The position numbers and the translations under genes are program-made. Shown piece after piece: positions 30,767-41,710 of a stretch of 64,000 nucleotides of DNA (position 1 is its first letter; every line of letters begins with the position of its first letter). Source of the stretch: an uncultured delta proteobacterium (GTDB taxonomy: Bacteria; Desulfobacterota; Binatia; HRBIN30; BPIQ01); NCBI GenBank assembly GCA_963761335.1, contig CAVXGR010000024.1, forward strand, positions 1-64,000. Direction: 5' to 3'. The notes beneath the pieces are model-generated. The model was not told the origin of the DNA. It saw only the letters and a list, made by a program, of their open reading frames with translations, and ran no database searches.

Positions 30767-31885
30767 ATGGAGCAGCAGATCACCTACGATCCGATCTACA
30801 ATACGGTGGCGCCCAATGATTTCCCGGCGTTGCTGGAGGTGGATCGCTACGGCGACCGCACCTCGGCCTTCGACGGCATCATCTCGGCGACGCACGACCA
30901 CTTCTGGGATCCCATGGACTCCGCCTACCTCGACTTCGGGCAGCCGTTTTCCCTCGAGGAGAGCACCGTTCTGCCGCGAGACATGATCCCCGAGCTCAAC
31001 TGCGCGGTCGCCGATCGCCTCGACGAAAGCCAGAAGATCAAGCTGGCGAACGAGAGCGCCCGCTGGACCCTGTCGTCCATTCTGCACGGCGAGCAGGGGG
31101 CCCTGTCGCTCTCGGCCAGCCTGTGCCATCTGCTGCGCGATCCGGGCGCGCAGGAGTACGCCGCCAACCAGACCCGCGAGGAAGCGCGTCACGTCACCGC
31201 CTTTGGCCGCTACATGCAGGTGCGCTGGGGCGCGCCGTTGCCGGTGGGGGCGACACTCGGTGGCTTGCTCAACGAGCTGGTCGCCGCGCCGGAGGTCTAC
31301 AAGAAGCTGGTGGGCATGCAGATGCTCGTCGAGGGTCTCGCCATGGGCGCCTTTGCGACCCTGCATTCTCGCTGCCGCGATCCGCTTCTGGTCAAGGTGA
31401 CGCAGTTGGTGATGACCGATGAGGCGTTCCATCACAAGTTCGGCAGAATCTGGGCCGAGCGCACCATTCCGAAGCTGAACGAGGAAGAGCACCACCGCGT
31501 CGAGGACTGGGCCGCCAGCTGCTTTCAGACGCTGCTGTTCAATCTGGTGAACGCCGAGCAGAAGCAGGTGATCTACCGCGAGTTCGGTCTCGACTGGCAG
31601 TGGGTCCGCGCCGCCGTTCTCGAGTCCTTCACCGATGCCGACCGGCGCCGCCTGATGCGACAGAGCAACAACATCTTCCGCGTCCTCATCAAGACGCTGT
31701 TGCACGCCGGAATCATCACCGAGCGCACCCGCCCCCTGTACGGCGCCTGGGTCGATATGCAGGAGCTCGCCGCAGAGAGCGACGAGATGGTGGGCGATCC
31801 GATCGCGGAGGAGGGGATCGAAGCCCTTCGCGACATCAACCGCAATCGCCGCCGCATCGGCCGCGCGCTGCGCTCCAACGCCTGA
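30767..31885 (+). CDS. Ferritin-like diiron protein (AurF-like)
   Basis: LHGEQGA, EEARH and DEAFH motifs; AAGGAG RBS. Confidence 0.75.
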   Translation: MEQQITYDPIYNTVAPNDFPALLEVDRYGDRTSAFDGIISATHDHFWDPMDSAYLDFGQPFSLEESTVLPRDMIPELNCAVADRLDESQKIKLANESARWTLSSILHGEQGALSLSASLCHLLRDPGAQEYAANQTREEARHVTAFGRYMQVRWGAPLPVGATLGGLLNELVAAPEVYKKLVGMQMLVEGLAMGAFATLHSRCRDPLLVKVTQLVMTDEAFHHKFGRIWAERTIPKLNEEEHHRVEDWAASCFQTLLFNLVNAEQKQVIYREFGLDWQWVRAAVLESFTDADRRRLMRQSNNIFRVLIKTLLHAGIITERTRPLYGAWVDMQELAAESDEMVGDPIAEEGIEALRDINRNRRRIGRALRSNA

Positions 31886-31886
31886 G

Positions 31887-33155
31887 ATGCTGGACGTTCG
31901 CCTGATTCGCGAGCAACCGGATCTCGTCAAGCAGGAGCTCGCCAAGGTCGGGTTTCCGGCGACCGGTGTGGACGCCGTCCTCGATGCGGACCGGCGGCGG
32001 CGCGCCAAGATCGCCGAGGTCGAGTCGCTGCGCGCCCAGCGCGGCGCGGCCTCCAAGGAGATCGGCAAGCTGCCGGAGGCCGAACGGCAGGGCAGGGTGG
32101 CGGCGATGCGTGCCCTCGGGGATCAGATCGCGGCGCTGGAGACCGATCTCGCCGCCGCCGAGGCGGAGTTCGAGCAGCGGATGCTGGAGGTGCCGAACAT
32201 TCCCCACCCCGACGTTCCCGTGGGCGCGGACGACGGCGCCAATGTGGTGCTGCGCGTCGTCGGCGAGGAGCGGCACTTCGAGTTTTCGCCGCGGCCCCAC
32301 TGGGAGATCGGCACCGACCTCGGGATCATCGACTTCGAGCGCGGCGTGAAGATCTCGGGATCGCGCTTCTACGTGCTGCGCGGCGCCGGGGCGCAGCTGC
32401 AGCGGGCGCTGATCCAGTGGATGCTCGACGTGCACGTCCGCCACCACGGCTATACCGAGATCTACCCGCCGGCGATGGTGAAGCGCGAGTGCCTGGTGGG
32501 CACCGGCAATCTCCCGAAGTTCGGCGACAACCTCTACCGCGACGCCGAAGAGGATTACTGGTTCGTGCCGACTGCGGAGGTTCCGGTGACCAACCTGTAC
32601 CGCGAGGAGGTGATCGAGGCGGGGCAGTTGCCCATCTACCACGTGGCCTACACCCCCTGCTTTCGCCGCGAGAAGATGTCGGCGGGCCGTGACGTGCGCG
32701 GCATCAAGCGCGGCCATCAGTTCGACAAGGTGGAGATGGTCAAGTTCGTGCCGCCGAGCAGCTCGGATGAGGAGCTGCGGGGCCTGCTCGACGACGCTGA
32801 GGACATCTGCCGCCGGCTGGGGCTGCGTCACCGCGTCGTGCAGATGTGCACCGGTGACCTCTCCTTCACTGCGGCGATGAAGTTCGACGTGGAGCTGTGG
32901 GCGCCCGGCTGCGGCGAATGGCTGGAGGTGAGCTCCTGCTCGAACTTCCGCGATTTCCAGGCGCGCCGCGCCAATATCCGCTACCGCCCGGAGCCGCGCG
33001 CCAAGCCGGAATTCGTGCATACCCTGAACGGCTCGGGTCTGGCGCTGCCCCGGGTGATGATCGCGGTGCTGGAGACCTACCAGCGGGCGGACGGCAGCGT
33101 CGCCGTGCCCGAGGTCCTGCGCCCCTTCATGGGTGGCCTCGAGCGCCTCGGCTGA
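31887..33155 (+). CDS. serS: Serine--tRNA ligase
   Basis: [33 protein letters not shown] motifs. Confidence 0.97.
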   Translation: MLDVRLIREQPDLVKQELAKVGFPATGVDAVLDADRRRRAKIAEVESLRAQRGAASKEIGKLPEAERQGRVAAMRALGDQIAALETDLAAAEAEFEQRMLEVPNIPHPDVPVGADDGANVVLRVVGEERHFEFSPRPHWEIGTDLGIIDFERGVKISGSRFYVLRGAGAQLQRALIQWMLDVHVRHHGYTEIYPPAMVKRECLVGTGNLPKFGDNLYRDAEEDYWFVPTAEVPVTNLYREEVIEAGQLPIYHVAYTPCFRREKMSAGRDVRGIKRGHQFDKVEMVKFVPPSSSDEELRGLLDDAEDICRRLGLRHRVVQMCTGDLSFTAAMKFDVELWAPGCGEWLEVSSCSNFRDFQARRANIRYRPEPRAKPEFVHTLNGSGLALPRVMIAVLETYQRADGSVAVPEVLRPFMGGLERLG

Positions 33156-33171
33156 CGCCTCTGGTGCCGGG

Positions 33172-33303
33172 CGGTGGCTCGGTGGCTCAGTATCTCAGTA
33201 TCTCAGTATCTCGGTGGCTCGGTTTACGGGTTCGCGGGTTGGCGGGTTGCAAGCTCGGTCTGTCGATCGAGATAACCGAGCCACTGAGATACTGAGATAC
33301 CGG
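33172..33303. repeat. Inverted 8-bp unit array (AGTATCTC/GGTGGCTC), upstream of copA
   Basis: Tandem units with their reverse complements GAGATACT/GAGCCACT on the other arm. Confidence 0.8.
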
Positions 33304-33356
33304 CACTGCTCCGCATAAGGCCCGCGTACGGCTCCCGCACTCCGAACAACGGTGGT

Positions 33357-35852
33357 ATGTTGAGCGTCATGAGCTCGCCCGGAACACCCGAAGGTCGAGG
33401 CGTGGCCGTCGACCCCGTGTGCGGCATGCGCGTGCAGACGGACTCGCCGAAGGGCGGTACGCACCAGCACCAGGGACAGACGTACTACTTCTGCAATCCG
33501 AAGTGCCGGGAGAAGTTCCGCACCGACCCGGATGCGTACCTGCGGCCGGCGACGACCGGGTTCGAGGGCCTGCCGATGGCGCCGGGTCCCACTGCCACAG
33601 CGCCGCTGCAGCCGTCGCCGGACGGCGGCGGCTATACGTGTCCGATGCATCCGGAGGTGCAGGCGGCGGCTCCGGGCCCGTGCCCCGACTGCGGCATGGC
33701 CCTCGAGCCGACGACGCTGGCACCGCTGCCGACGCGCGTCGAGTACACCTGCCCGATGCACCCGGAGGTGGTGCGTGAAGAACCTGGAGCATGTCCGATC
33801 TGCGGCATGGCTCTGGAGCCGCGGGAGATCTCGGCAGCGGAGGAGGAGAACCCCGAGCTGACGGACATGACGCGGCGCTTCTGGGTCAGTGCGCTTCTGG
33901 CGCTGCCGGTTCTGGCGCTGGCCATGGGCGAGATGATTCCGGGCGGGCTGCTGCGAGGCGCGCTGGCGCATCGCCTGATTCCCTGGGTGGAGTTCGTGCT
34001 GGCGACGCCGGTGGTGCTCTGGGGAGGGCTGCCGTTCTTCGAGCGCGGCTGGGCCTCGATCGTCAGCCGGCGGCTGAACATGTTCACCCTGATCGCCCTC
34101 GGCACGGGCGCGGCCTACCTCTACAGTGCCGTGGCGGTGCTGGTGCCCGACATCTTCCCCGCGTCGTTCCGCGGCCCCAACGGCGAGGTGGCCGTCTACT
34201 TCGAGGCGGCGGCAGTGATTACGGCCCTGGTCCTGATGGGGCAGGTGCTCGAGATCCGCGCCCGCGGCCGCACCAGCAGTGCGCTGCGCGCGCTCCTCAG
34301 CCTGGCGCCGAAGACGGCGCGGCTGGTGCGCGATGACCGCACCGAGGAGGATGTGCCCCTCGAACGAGTGCATCCGGGCGACCGCCTGCGGGTGCGGCCG
34401 GGTGAGAAGGTGCCGGTGGATGGCGCCATTGTCGAAGGCCACAGCTCGGTCGACGAGTCCATGGTCACCGGCGAGCCGATTCCAGTGGAGAAGGGGCCGG
34501 GCGACAGGGTTACCGGGGCCACGGTGAACCGCAGCGGCAGCTTCGTGATGCGCGCCGAGCGCGTCGGGCGCGACACGCTGCTGGCGCAGATCGTCCAGAT
34601 GGTCGGCAAGGCGCAGCGCAGCCGCGCCCCGATTCAGCGAGTGGCGGACGTGGTCGCCGGCTACTTCGTTCCCGGCGTGGTGCTGGCGGCGGCGCTCACC
34701 TTTGCCGCCTGGAGTATCTGGGGGCCGCCGCCGCGTATGGCCTTCGCCCTGGTGAACGCCGTGGCCGTGCTGATCATCGCCTGCCCGTGCGCCCTGGGTC
34801 TGGCGACGCCGATATCGATCATGGTGGCCACCGGCAGGGGCGCCACGGCGGGCGTGTTGATCAAGAACGCCGAAGCTCTGGAGGTCCTCGAGAAGGTCGA
34901 CACGCTGGTGGTCGACAAGACGGGCACCCTCACCGAGGGCAAGCCGCGCGTCGCCTCGCTGGTTCCCCTCGGGGCTCTGTCGGAGGAGGATCTGCTGCGC
35001 CTTGCCGCGGCGATCGAGCGGGGCAGCGAGCATCCGCTGGCGGCGGCGATCGGGGAGGCAGCCGCCGAGCGTCGGCTCGAGATTCCGGGGGTGAGCGATT
35101 TCGAGTCGGTCGCGGGGAAAGGCGTTCGCGGCACCGCCGCCGGGCACGGGGTGGCGCTCGGCAACCGCGGCTTCCTGGAAGAGCTGGGCATCGATCTCGG
35201 CCCGGCGCAGGCGCAGGCGGATACGTTTCGCCGGGACGGGGCGACGGTGATGTTCGTCGCCGCCGACGGCCGGCTGGCGGGCATGCTGGCGATCGTCGAT
35301 CCGGTCAAGCCATCGACGGAAGAGGCGATTCGCCTGCTGCACGGGGAGGGCATGCGCATCGTCATGCTCACCGGTGACAGCCGGCTCACCGCCGAGGCGG
35401 TGGCCAGGCAGCTGGGCATCGATGAGGTGGAGGCCGAGGTCCTGCCGGAAGAGAAGAGCGCGGTGGTAAAGCGCCTGCAGCAGCAGGGCCGCAAGGTGGC
35501 GATGGCGGGTGACGGCATCAACGACGCGCCCGCCCTGGCGCTGGCTCAGGTCGGCATCGCCATGGGCACCGGCACCGACGTGGCCATCGAGAGCGCCGGG
35601 GTGACCCTGGTGAAGGGCGACCTGCGCGGCATCGTCAAGGCGCGCCGTTTGAGCCGCACCACCATGCGCAACATCCGCCAGAACCTCTTCTTCGCGTTCA
35701 TCTACAATGCTCTCGGCATACCGGTTGCCGCCGGAGCCCTCTACCCGCTCCTCGGCCTCCTGCTCAGCCCGATGATCGCCAGCGCCGCGATGAGCTTCAG
35801 CTCGATCTCGGTGATCGGCAACGCCCTGCGCCTGCGGCGCGCGGAGCTCTGA
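33357..35852 (+). CDS. copA: Copper-translocating P1B-type ATPase with YHS and heavy-metal-binding domains
   Basis: DPVCGM, two [29 protein letters not shown] and MSFSS motifs. Confidence 0.93.
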   Translation: MLSVMSSPGTPEGRGVAVDPVCGMRVQTDSPKGGTHQHQGQTYYFCNPKCREKFRTDPDAYLRPATTGFEGLPMAPGPTATAPLQPSPDGGGYTCPMHPEVQAAAPGPCPDCGMALEPTTLAPLPTRVEYTCPMHPEVVREEPGACPICGMALEPREISAAEEENPELTDMTRRFWVSALLALPVLALAMGEMIPGGLLRGALAHRLIPWVEFVLATPVVLWGGLPFFERGWASIVSRRLNMFTLIALGTGAAYLYSAVAVLVPDIFPASFRGPNGEVAVYFEAAAVITALVLMGQVLEIRARGRTSSALRALLSLAPKTARLVRDDRTEEDVPLERVHPGDRLRVRPGEKVPVDGAIVEGHSSVDESMVTGEPIPVEKGPGDRVTGATVNRSGSFVMRAERVGRDTLLAQIVQMVGKAQRSRAPIQRVADVVAGYFVPGVVLAAALTFAAWSIWGPPPRMAFALVNAVAVLIIACPCALGLATPISIMVATGRGATAGVLIKNAEALEVLEKVDTLVVDKTGTLTEGKPRVASLVPLGALSEEDLLRLAAAIERGSEHPLAAAIGEAAAERRLEIPGVSDFESVAGKGVRGTAAGHGVALGNRGFLEELGIDLGPAQAQADTFRRDGATVMFVAADGRLAGMLAIVDPVKPSTEEAIRLLHGEGMRIVMLTGDSRLTAEAVARQLGIDEVEAEVLPEEKSAVVKRLQQQGRKVAMAGDGINDAPALALAQVGIAMGTGTDVAIESAGVTLVKGDLRGIVKARRLSRTTMRNIRQNLFFAFIYNALGIPVAAGALYPLLGLLLSPMIASAAMSFSSISVIGNALRLRRAEL

Positions 35853-35857
35853 AGAAG

Positions 35858-36017
35858 AGTGGCTCGGGAAGTTGGTATCTCAGTTCTCAGTAGCCCGGTG
35901 GCTCGGTGGCCGGGTTTACGGGTTGTCGGGTTGATCGGCCAACCGAGATACCGAGCCACCGAGCCACCGAGCCACTGATCGACCCGACGACCCGCTAACC
36001 CGCCAACTCGTCAACCT
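35858..36017. repeat. Inverted 8-bp unit array (GGTGGCTC / GAGCCACC), downstream of copA
   Basis: Shares units and the GGTTTACGGGTT segment with 33172-33303. Confidence 0.8.
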
Positions 36018-36024
36018 TCCTTCC

Positions 36025-37863
36025 CTAGGGCCTCGGGGTGGGGACGCGAACGATGATCTGTTCGGTCGGGCCCGGGGTCCCGGCGGTGTCGAGAACCTGG
36101 ACCGAGAGCTTGGTGTCGCCTGGAGGGAAGTTGGCGTCCTGAGCGACGTTGTCGCAGAACTGCCGGTAGCCGCCCTGTGAGTTGAAGCCACCGAGAAACT
36201 CGAAGTTGCCGCTCGGACCGAGGGTGCAACCGGTATCGGGGCTGGTGACCGCCTGCTGGAAGCGGCAGGCGAGCTGATTGATGCCGACGGTGATCGACTG
36301 GCCATCGGCGAAGCTCGGCGGCGAGATGCCGGAGACGCCCTCGGCGCAGGCCGCTTCCTGGGGATTGTTGCAATCGAAGCTCGAGCCGCCGCCCAGGTCG
36401 CGGTTCGATTGCAGCTGCAGGCTCGGCCGCTCGGCGCAGGGGTTGGAGACGAACAGCGTCGTGCCGACGTTGCGTCCGTTGCTCCCTTTGCGCGCCTCGA
36501 CCACGATCAGGCCGCGGGTGCCGCCCTGGGCGGCGTAGACACGGACGCCGTTCTCGATCTGCGGGGTCGGGGTACCGGCGGCGCAGAAGCAGAACTGGCC
36601 GTTGAAGCAGCCGATCTGGCAGCCGTCTGGACGCACCAAGCCGAAGTAGGAGATCAGCGGGCCGCCGACCGCCGGAGTCGCTGTCGGCGTACGCGTCGGA
36701 GGTGCCGGCGTCGGTGTCGCCGTGAAAGTGCGGGTGTTGGTCGCGGTGCCGGACGCCGTGGGAGTGCCGCTGGCGGTGGCGGTGCGCGTTGCGGTCGCCG
36801 TGCCGGTTGCGGTGCGCGTCGGCGTGGGCGTGCGCGTCGGTGTGCCGGTGCGCGTCGGGGTCGTGGTCGGCGTCGCCGTCGCCGTGCGCGTCTCCGTTGC
36901 CGTGCCGGTTGCGGTGCGCGTCACGGTCGGCGTGCGGGTGGGCGTTGTCGTCCGCGTCGCGGTGCGTGTCGGCGTGCGGGTGCGCGTCGGCGTTTCGGTA
37001 GGCGTGGCCGAGGGGGTGCGCGTCGGCGTGGAGGTGCGCGTCTCGGTGAACGTGCGCGTCGACGTGGCGGTGTGCGACGGCGTCGGGGTGCGCGTCTCCG
37101 TGGGGGTGCGCGTCGGTGTGCGGGTGGTCGTCGGCGTCTTTGTCGCCGTCTGCGTCCTCGTCGAGGTCGTGGTCGAGCTCGGCGTCACGGAGCGCGTCGG
37201 TGTCTGTGTGATCGTCGGTGTCTTGGTAATCGTCGGGCTCAGTGTCCGCGTCGGCGAGCGGCTCGGGGTGCTGCTCTGCGCCGGAGTCGCCGTCGCCGGG
37301 GCCGTAGGGGTGTCGGTCGGCGCCAACGGCGTCGCGGTACGCGTGCCGGAGGGGCGCGGGCTCGGCGTGCTGGAGGGAGTCGATGTGAAGGTGGGGGTGC
37401 CGCTCGCCGTCGGCGCCTCCGTGAACGCCGTCGGCGTGGTCGTCGGCAGCGCCGAGAGAAGCGGCGCGATGCGGGTGGCGATGTCGGCGTCGTCGGCGAT
37501 GCTCGGGTCGATTTCGCGAAACGACGGCGGCACCGGCGTCAGCCCGAGCAGGAAGCGGGCGATATAGAGGAGGTCGGTGGCCGCGTCGACGTGGCCGTTG
37601 CCGTCGACGTCGAGGGCCGAGCCGAGTGCGTCGATCGCAGAGTCGAGGACGCTGTCCGCGGGGATCGACGGATCGAGAGCGCGAAAGTAGTCGGGCACGG
37701 TTTGCAGCCCGAGCAGGTGGCGACCGACGTAGGTGACATCGGTGGCGGTATCGACGGCGCCGTTCCCGTCCACGTCGAGAGGCTGCGCCACGGCCGTGGA
37801 GGCAAAGGCGCCGGCGCAGACGAGCGCGAGTAGCGCCACGAAGCGAGTGGAAGCCGAGCTCAT
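36025..37863 (-). CDS. Secreted protein: duplicated DxDGNG dockerin-like repeats, long (Thr-X)n linker, Cys-containing C-terminal domain
   Basis: Signal peptide MSSASTRF...AVAQ; LDVDGNG twice; roughly 250-aa Thr/Pro/Arg-rich stalk. Confidence 0.8.
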   Translation of the reverse strand: MSSASTRFVALLALVCAGAFASTAVAQPLDVDGNGAVDTATDVTYVGRHLLGLQTVPDYFRALDPSIPADSVLDSAIDALGSALDVDGNGHVDAATDLLYIARFLLGLTPVPPSFREIDPSIADDADIATRIAPLLSALPTTTPTAFTEAPTASGTPTFTSTPSSTPSPRPSGTRTATPLAPTDTPTAPATATPAQSSTPSRSPTRTLSPTITKTPTITQTPTRSVTPSSTTTSTRTQTATKTPTTTRTPTRTPTETRTPTPSHTATSTRTFTETRTSTPTRTPSATPTETPTRTRTPTRTATRTTTPTRTPTVTRTATGTATETRTATATPTTTPTRTGTPTRTPTPTRTATGTATATRTATASGTPTASGTATNTRTFTATPTPAPPTRTPTATPAVGGPLISYFGLVRPDGCQIGCFNGQFCFCAAGTPTPQIENGVRVYAAQGGTRGLIVVEARKGSNGRNVGTTLFVSNPCAERPSLQLQSNRDLGGGSSFDCNNPQEAACAEGVSGISPPSFADGQSITVGINQLACRFQQAVTSPDTGCTLGPSGNFEFLGGFNSQGGYRQFCDNVAQDANFPPGDTKLSVQVLDTAGTPGPTEQIIVRVPTPRP

Positions 37864-38222
37864 CGAGAATGCGGAAAAGCGCCGGAGGGCGCGAGGGAAC
37901 ACAGACGCGAGAAGCGTCCTCACTTTAGCGGCACGGTCTCGGCCCGAGTTGGCGTGCGGTCGGCGATTGCGGCTGGCGCCATAGGATCGCGCCTCACAAT
38001 GCACGAAGACATCGTGGGGTGCAATGGAGAATTCCGAAAAAGCGCCACCGATTGCGGCGAACGGCTTGGGATGCGCGGCGGACAATGATAGAAGGGGCGG
38101 GCGTTGAAGCGCAGCGCTGCACGACATCTGGACCCTTGCGGGTATGGCCGAAGCTCGCCGCTGGTCCCGCGGAGCACGCGTTCTTGCGCCTCTTGTGTCG
38201 GGCCGGTGAAGAATTGCTCCGG

Positions 38223-39143
38223 ATGGAAATCTGCAAGCGTGTCGGGCTGAGTATCCTCGCGGTCTGGTCGATCGTGGCAATTCCTGCGGCGGGGCGCGCT
38301 CAGTCGAGCGTGACCGTCGGCAGCGTCACCGCCGTGCCCGGCGAGGCAAACGCAGTGGTCAGCGTCGATGCAACCACGGACGTGCCCGCGTCGCTGGTCT
38401 CGCTCGACATCACCTTTCCGGCGGATCTGTGCGCCGATATCGGCAACGTGCGCCTGCGGCGCGCCGGCCGCACGACCGCCGATCCTCTCGAGGGGGGCTT
38501 CCATTGCCCGGAAGGGCGCCTCAGCGTCGTGCTCGCGGATCTCCTTGGGGGCACGGTCGTGCCGGCGGGGAGTGGCCCGATCGCCGAGTGGGTTTTCGAT
38601 GTGAGCCCGGCGGCGGCCGAACGCAGCATCGCACTCGAGCTGACGGTGAACGAGCTTCGCAACGGTCCGTTGCAGGTGCCGGTGACCCCGAGCAGCGGCC
38701 AGCTGGCGATCATCGCGGCCACACCGACGGCGACCGCGGAGGGCAGTACGACGCCGACCGCTACCTCGCCACCGGCGACGCCATCCCCGAGCGAGTCGCC
38801 CTCCAGCCCCACACCGACGTCGGCGACGCCGACTCCTGGCGGTCCTTCGCCGACGCGGACCAACGCCGTGGACACGCCGACGGCGTCACCATCGGCATCG
38901 CCCGCAGCGTCCGAAGGGTCCCCGACGGCGAGCGCCACGGCCGCCGAGACGGTGACCCCGGCACCGCTCTACGGCGACGCCAATTGCGACGGCTTGCGCA
39001 CCGCCCCCGATGTGACCCGGCTGCTACAGCTCGTTGGCACCGGCGGGGATAGCCCGTGCGGCCTCGCGGACGCCAACGGCGACGGACACCTGGACGCCAA
39101 CGACCTGGCGCCCACGGTGGCCTCGATCTTCGGCTCCCCCTGA
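38223..39143 (+). CDS. Secreted cohesin-like plus Thr/Pro linker plus dockerin-like protein
   Basis: Signal peptide; beta-rich [11 protein letters not shown]...G.IA..F.V domain; GDANCDG and ADANGDG EF-hand-like pair. Confidence 0.75.
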   Translation: MEICKRVGLSILAVWSIVAIPAAGRAQSSVTVGSVTAVPGEANAVVSVDATTDVPASLVSLDITFPADLCADIGNVRLRRAGRTTADPLEGGFHCPEGRLSVVLADLLGGTVVPAGSGPIAEWVFDVSPAAAERSIALELTVNELRNGPLQVPVTPSSGQLAIIAATPTATAEGSTTPTATSPPATPSPSESPSSPTPTSATPTPGGPSPTRTNAVDTPTASPSASPAASEGSPTASATAAETVTPAPLYGDANCDGLRTAPDVTRLLQLVGTGGDSPCGLADANGDGHLDANDLAPTVASIFGSP

Positions 39144-39196
39144 GGGGCGCCAGGCTGCGCCTTTCGGCCCGCCGAGCTCTCAGCGGCGGGTGACAT

Positions 39197-39360
39197 CCGG
39201 CTTTGCCCAACGAATCGAGCCGACGGTGTCGCCGCCGAAGGTTGTTAGGTTGTTGCGTTGTTGGTTGTTGGTAAAAAGGGGTGAACTGACCTAACAACCC
39301 AACAACGTAGCAACCAACAACCCGCCTGCAGCCAACGGGCATACCGTTGGGCAAAGCCGG
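39197..39360. mobile_element. MITE with perfect terminal inverted repeats and target-site duplication
   Basis: CCGGCTTTGCCCAACG (39197-39212) and CGTTGGGCAAAGCCGG (39345-39360); TGACAT on both sides. Confidence 0.85.
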
Positions 39361-39624
39361 TGACATCCCCGGAGCTGGACTGGCTACCGTCCAGAATGCC
39401 GGACGGCCTGTACAGTGGGGAGACCACCCTGGTGAGCGGAGCGGCCAGGGATGTGGCCACAACGTCACTCCATCCCGGGGAGTACGTAGGTGGTATCCCG
39501 ATTGCACAGCTGCCTCGGCCGAATGCAAGGCCGTCCGGGGGGACGGGTGGGAGTCAAAGCAAGACGTCACTGATCACGGTGAGGCTGGTTGCCCGACAGC
39601 TGGATCGCGGAAAGGACACTGGCG

Positions 39625-40389
39625 ATGATTGCAGAGCAATTCTTGCAGGGGAGCACGGCTATCGAGGCGACGGTCTTCGTCGTCGAGGACGACGGCGGAG
39701 CGCGGGCTTCCATGGTATGGCTTCTCGAGTCTGCCGGGCTGCGCGTCAGGGCGTTTCCCAACGGTTCTGATTTTCTCGCCGAGCGCAGCGCCGACGACTG
39801 CGGTTGTGCCATCATCGACATGCGCCTGCCGGGGATGAGCGGCCTCCAGGTACAGAGCGAGCTGCAGCGGCGTCAGATTCCGCTGCCGGTGATTCTGGTG
39901 ACCGGCTACGGCGACATCGCCTCGGCAGTTCGCGCGGTGAAGGCCGGAGCCGTCGACTTCCTCCAGAAGCCCTTCAGCACCGAGCTGCTGCTGGAGCGCA
40001 TCTACGAAGCGATCGAGCGCAATCGCGAGCAGCGCCAACGCTGGCAGCGCCGTGAAGAGTTCGAACGCCGCCTGGGGAGCCTGACGCCCCGCGAGCGAGA
40101 GGTCATGGACCTGATGGTGAGTGGCCTGGCGAACAAGGTCATCGCGGCGGAGCTCGGAATCAGCGAGCGCACCGTCGAGGCGCACCGAAAGCAGGTCATG
40201 ATGAAGATGCGAGCCGTGTCGTTCGCGCAACTGGTGCGGCTGACCGTCGAGTGCTCCGCCGGGTGGGCGCAGGAAGCACGGCCGGTAGCGTCTCCGGAAT
40301 CTCCCTGGTTTTCGCAGCTGTTCGAGGACGCCGGCTCGATGCCGGAAGAACACGTGGCGCGAAACGTTCGCGCCAGTGCCGGCCACTGA
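39625..40389 (+). CDS. FixJ-family response regulator
   Basis: VVEDD, DMRLPGMSG, FLQKP and a LuxR HTH with a C-terminal extension. Confidence 0.9.
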   Translation: MIAEQFLQGSTAIEATVFVVEDDGGARASMVWLLESAGLRVRAFPNGSDFLAERSADDCGCAIIDMRLPGMSGLQVQSELQRRQIPLPVILVTGYGDIASAVRAVKAGAVDFLQKPFSTELLLERIYEAIERNREQRQRWQRREEFERRLGSLTPREREVMDLMVSGLANKVIAAELGISERTVEAHRKQVMMKMRAVSFAQLVRLTVECSAGWAQEARPVASPESPWFSQLFEDAGSMPEEHVARNVRASAGH

Positions 40390-40513
40390 CGTCCGCAAAG
40401 GCAGGAGGCAACACCGCAGCAGGGATGCTGCTCTCCTCCCTGCTGCGGCCCTGCGCGTGTTGCAGCTTGCGGCCGAGGGCCAGCCGCGCTAAGCGCCGCC
40501 CCTGGGGGGCGGC

Positions 40514-41710
40514 ATGATCGCAGAGCGTCACATCGATTACATGTACGGTCTGCTGCAGACGGTGCTGGCCGAGATCGGGCCGCGCGAGTCGTGCAGCGAC
40601 AACGAGAGGCGGCTCGGCCGTTATCTCTCGGACCAATGGAGCGCACTCGGCCATCAGGTGCGCACCGAATCCTTCCTCTGCCATCCCAAGGCGTTCCTCG
40701 GCTTCATTCCCATTGCGGCGCTGCTCTATCTGGCGGCGGCGATCTTCTACTGGTTCTCGCCCTGGGCTTGCGTGGTGTTTGCCGCCGCCTCCCTGGGGCT
40801 CACGGTGTTCGAGCTGCTGCGCTACCGCGAGCTCATCGATCCACTGTTCCCCGAGGCGCGCGGCGAAAACGTCATCGGGGTGATCCCACCTCAGGGAACG
40901 GCCAAACGCCGCGTGGTCGTCAGCGCCCACCAGGATTCCGCGTACGAGTTCAACCTGTGGTTCTTTCTGGGCACCGCCGCGGTGCCCATCATGGTGGTGG
41001 CCTTCGCGGCCCCGCTGCTGCCGCTGCTCGGGGGCCTGATCAAGGCGCTGTCAGGGGGGAGCGGTGGCGGCGCTGATGCGGTGGGCTACGCCTGCGCCGC
41101 ACTCTATCCGGTGGTCGGCCTCAACCTATTCTTTCACACTTACTCGGTGGTTCCAGGCGCCATGGACGACCTGGCGGGCATTGCCGTCCTCACCGGCCTC
41201 GCCCGGGCCCTCAGCCCCTTGGGGGACGCGGGGGGAGCGGCTCTCCGCGAGACCGAGGTCGTGCTCCTCGCCACCTCTTCGGAGGAGGCGGGTCTGCGGG
41301 GTGCCAAGCGGTTCGTCGCCGCGCATGGCGATGAGCTGCGGCAAGTGCCCACCTACGGGCTGTTCGTCGATGGCGTCTACGACGAGAGATTTCTCACGGT
41401 CGTGGACCGCGAGCTCACCACTGGAGTCCGTCACCACCCCGGGCTGGTGCAGCTCGCCCGAGAAGTCGCCGAGCATCGCGGTTGGGAGATGCGGAAGCAC
41501 ATGGTTCCGCTCGGCGCTACCGACGCAACCGCCTTCTCGGCCGACGGCATCGCCGCCGTCTGCCTGCTGTGCCAGGACGTCTCGCGTCTGGTGCCGAACT
41601 ACCACACGCGCCGCGACGTCATTGAGCACGTCCGCCCGCAGTCGCTGTGCGTCGCTCTGCAGGTGGTGCTCGACATGACCGAGCGGATCGACGCCGGCGT
41701 CCTGGGCTAG
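40514..41710 (+). CDS. M28 family metallopeptidase with TM insertions
   Basis: SAHQDS, GAMDDLAG, SEEAGLRG, TDA and YHT motifs. Confidence 0.85.
   Translation: MIAERHIDYMYGLLQTVLAEIGPRESCSDNERRLGRYLSDQWSALGHQVRTESFLCHPKAFLGFIPIAALLYLAAAIFYWFSPWACVVFAAASLGLTVFELLRYRELIDPLFPEARGENVIGVIPPQGTAKRRVVVSAHQDSAYEFNLWFFLGTAAVPIMVVAFAAPLLPLLGGLIKALSGGSGGGADAVGYACAALYPVVGLNLFFHTYSVVPGAMDDLAGIAVLTGLARALSPLGDAGGAALRETEVVLLATSSEEAGLRGAKRFVAAHGDELRQVPTYGLFVDGVYDERFLTVVDRELTTGVRHHPGLVQLAREVAEHRGWEMRKHMVPLGATDATAFSADGIAAVCLLCQDVSRLVPNYHTRRDVIEHVRPQSLCVALQVVLDMTERIDAGVLG

Noticed and set aside
33172..33303. CRISPR array
   Set aside because: Units are 8 bp and tandem with no unique spacers, and there are no cas genes; the same holds for the other arrays.
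36722..37567. Val-rich plus-strand ORF
   Set aside because: Antisense shadow of the Thr-rich linker.
39349..39420. c-di-GMP riboswitch or RNase P RNA suggested by GGGCAAAGCC and a GC-rich gap
   Set aside because: The motif is the MITE terminal repeat, and the other conserved motifs of these RNAs are absent.
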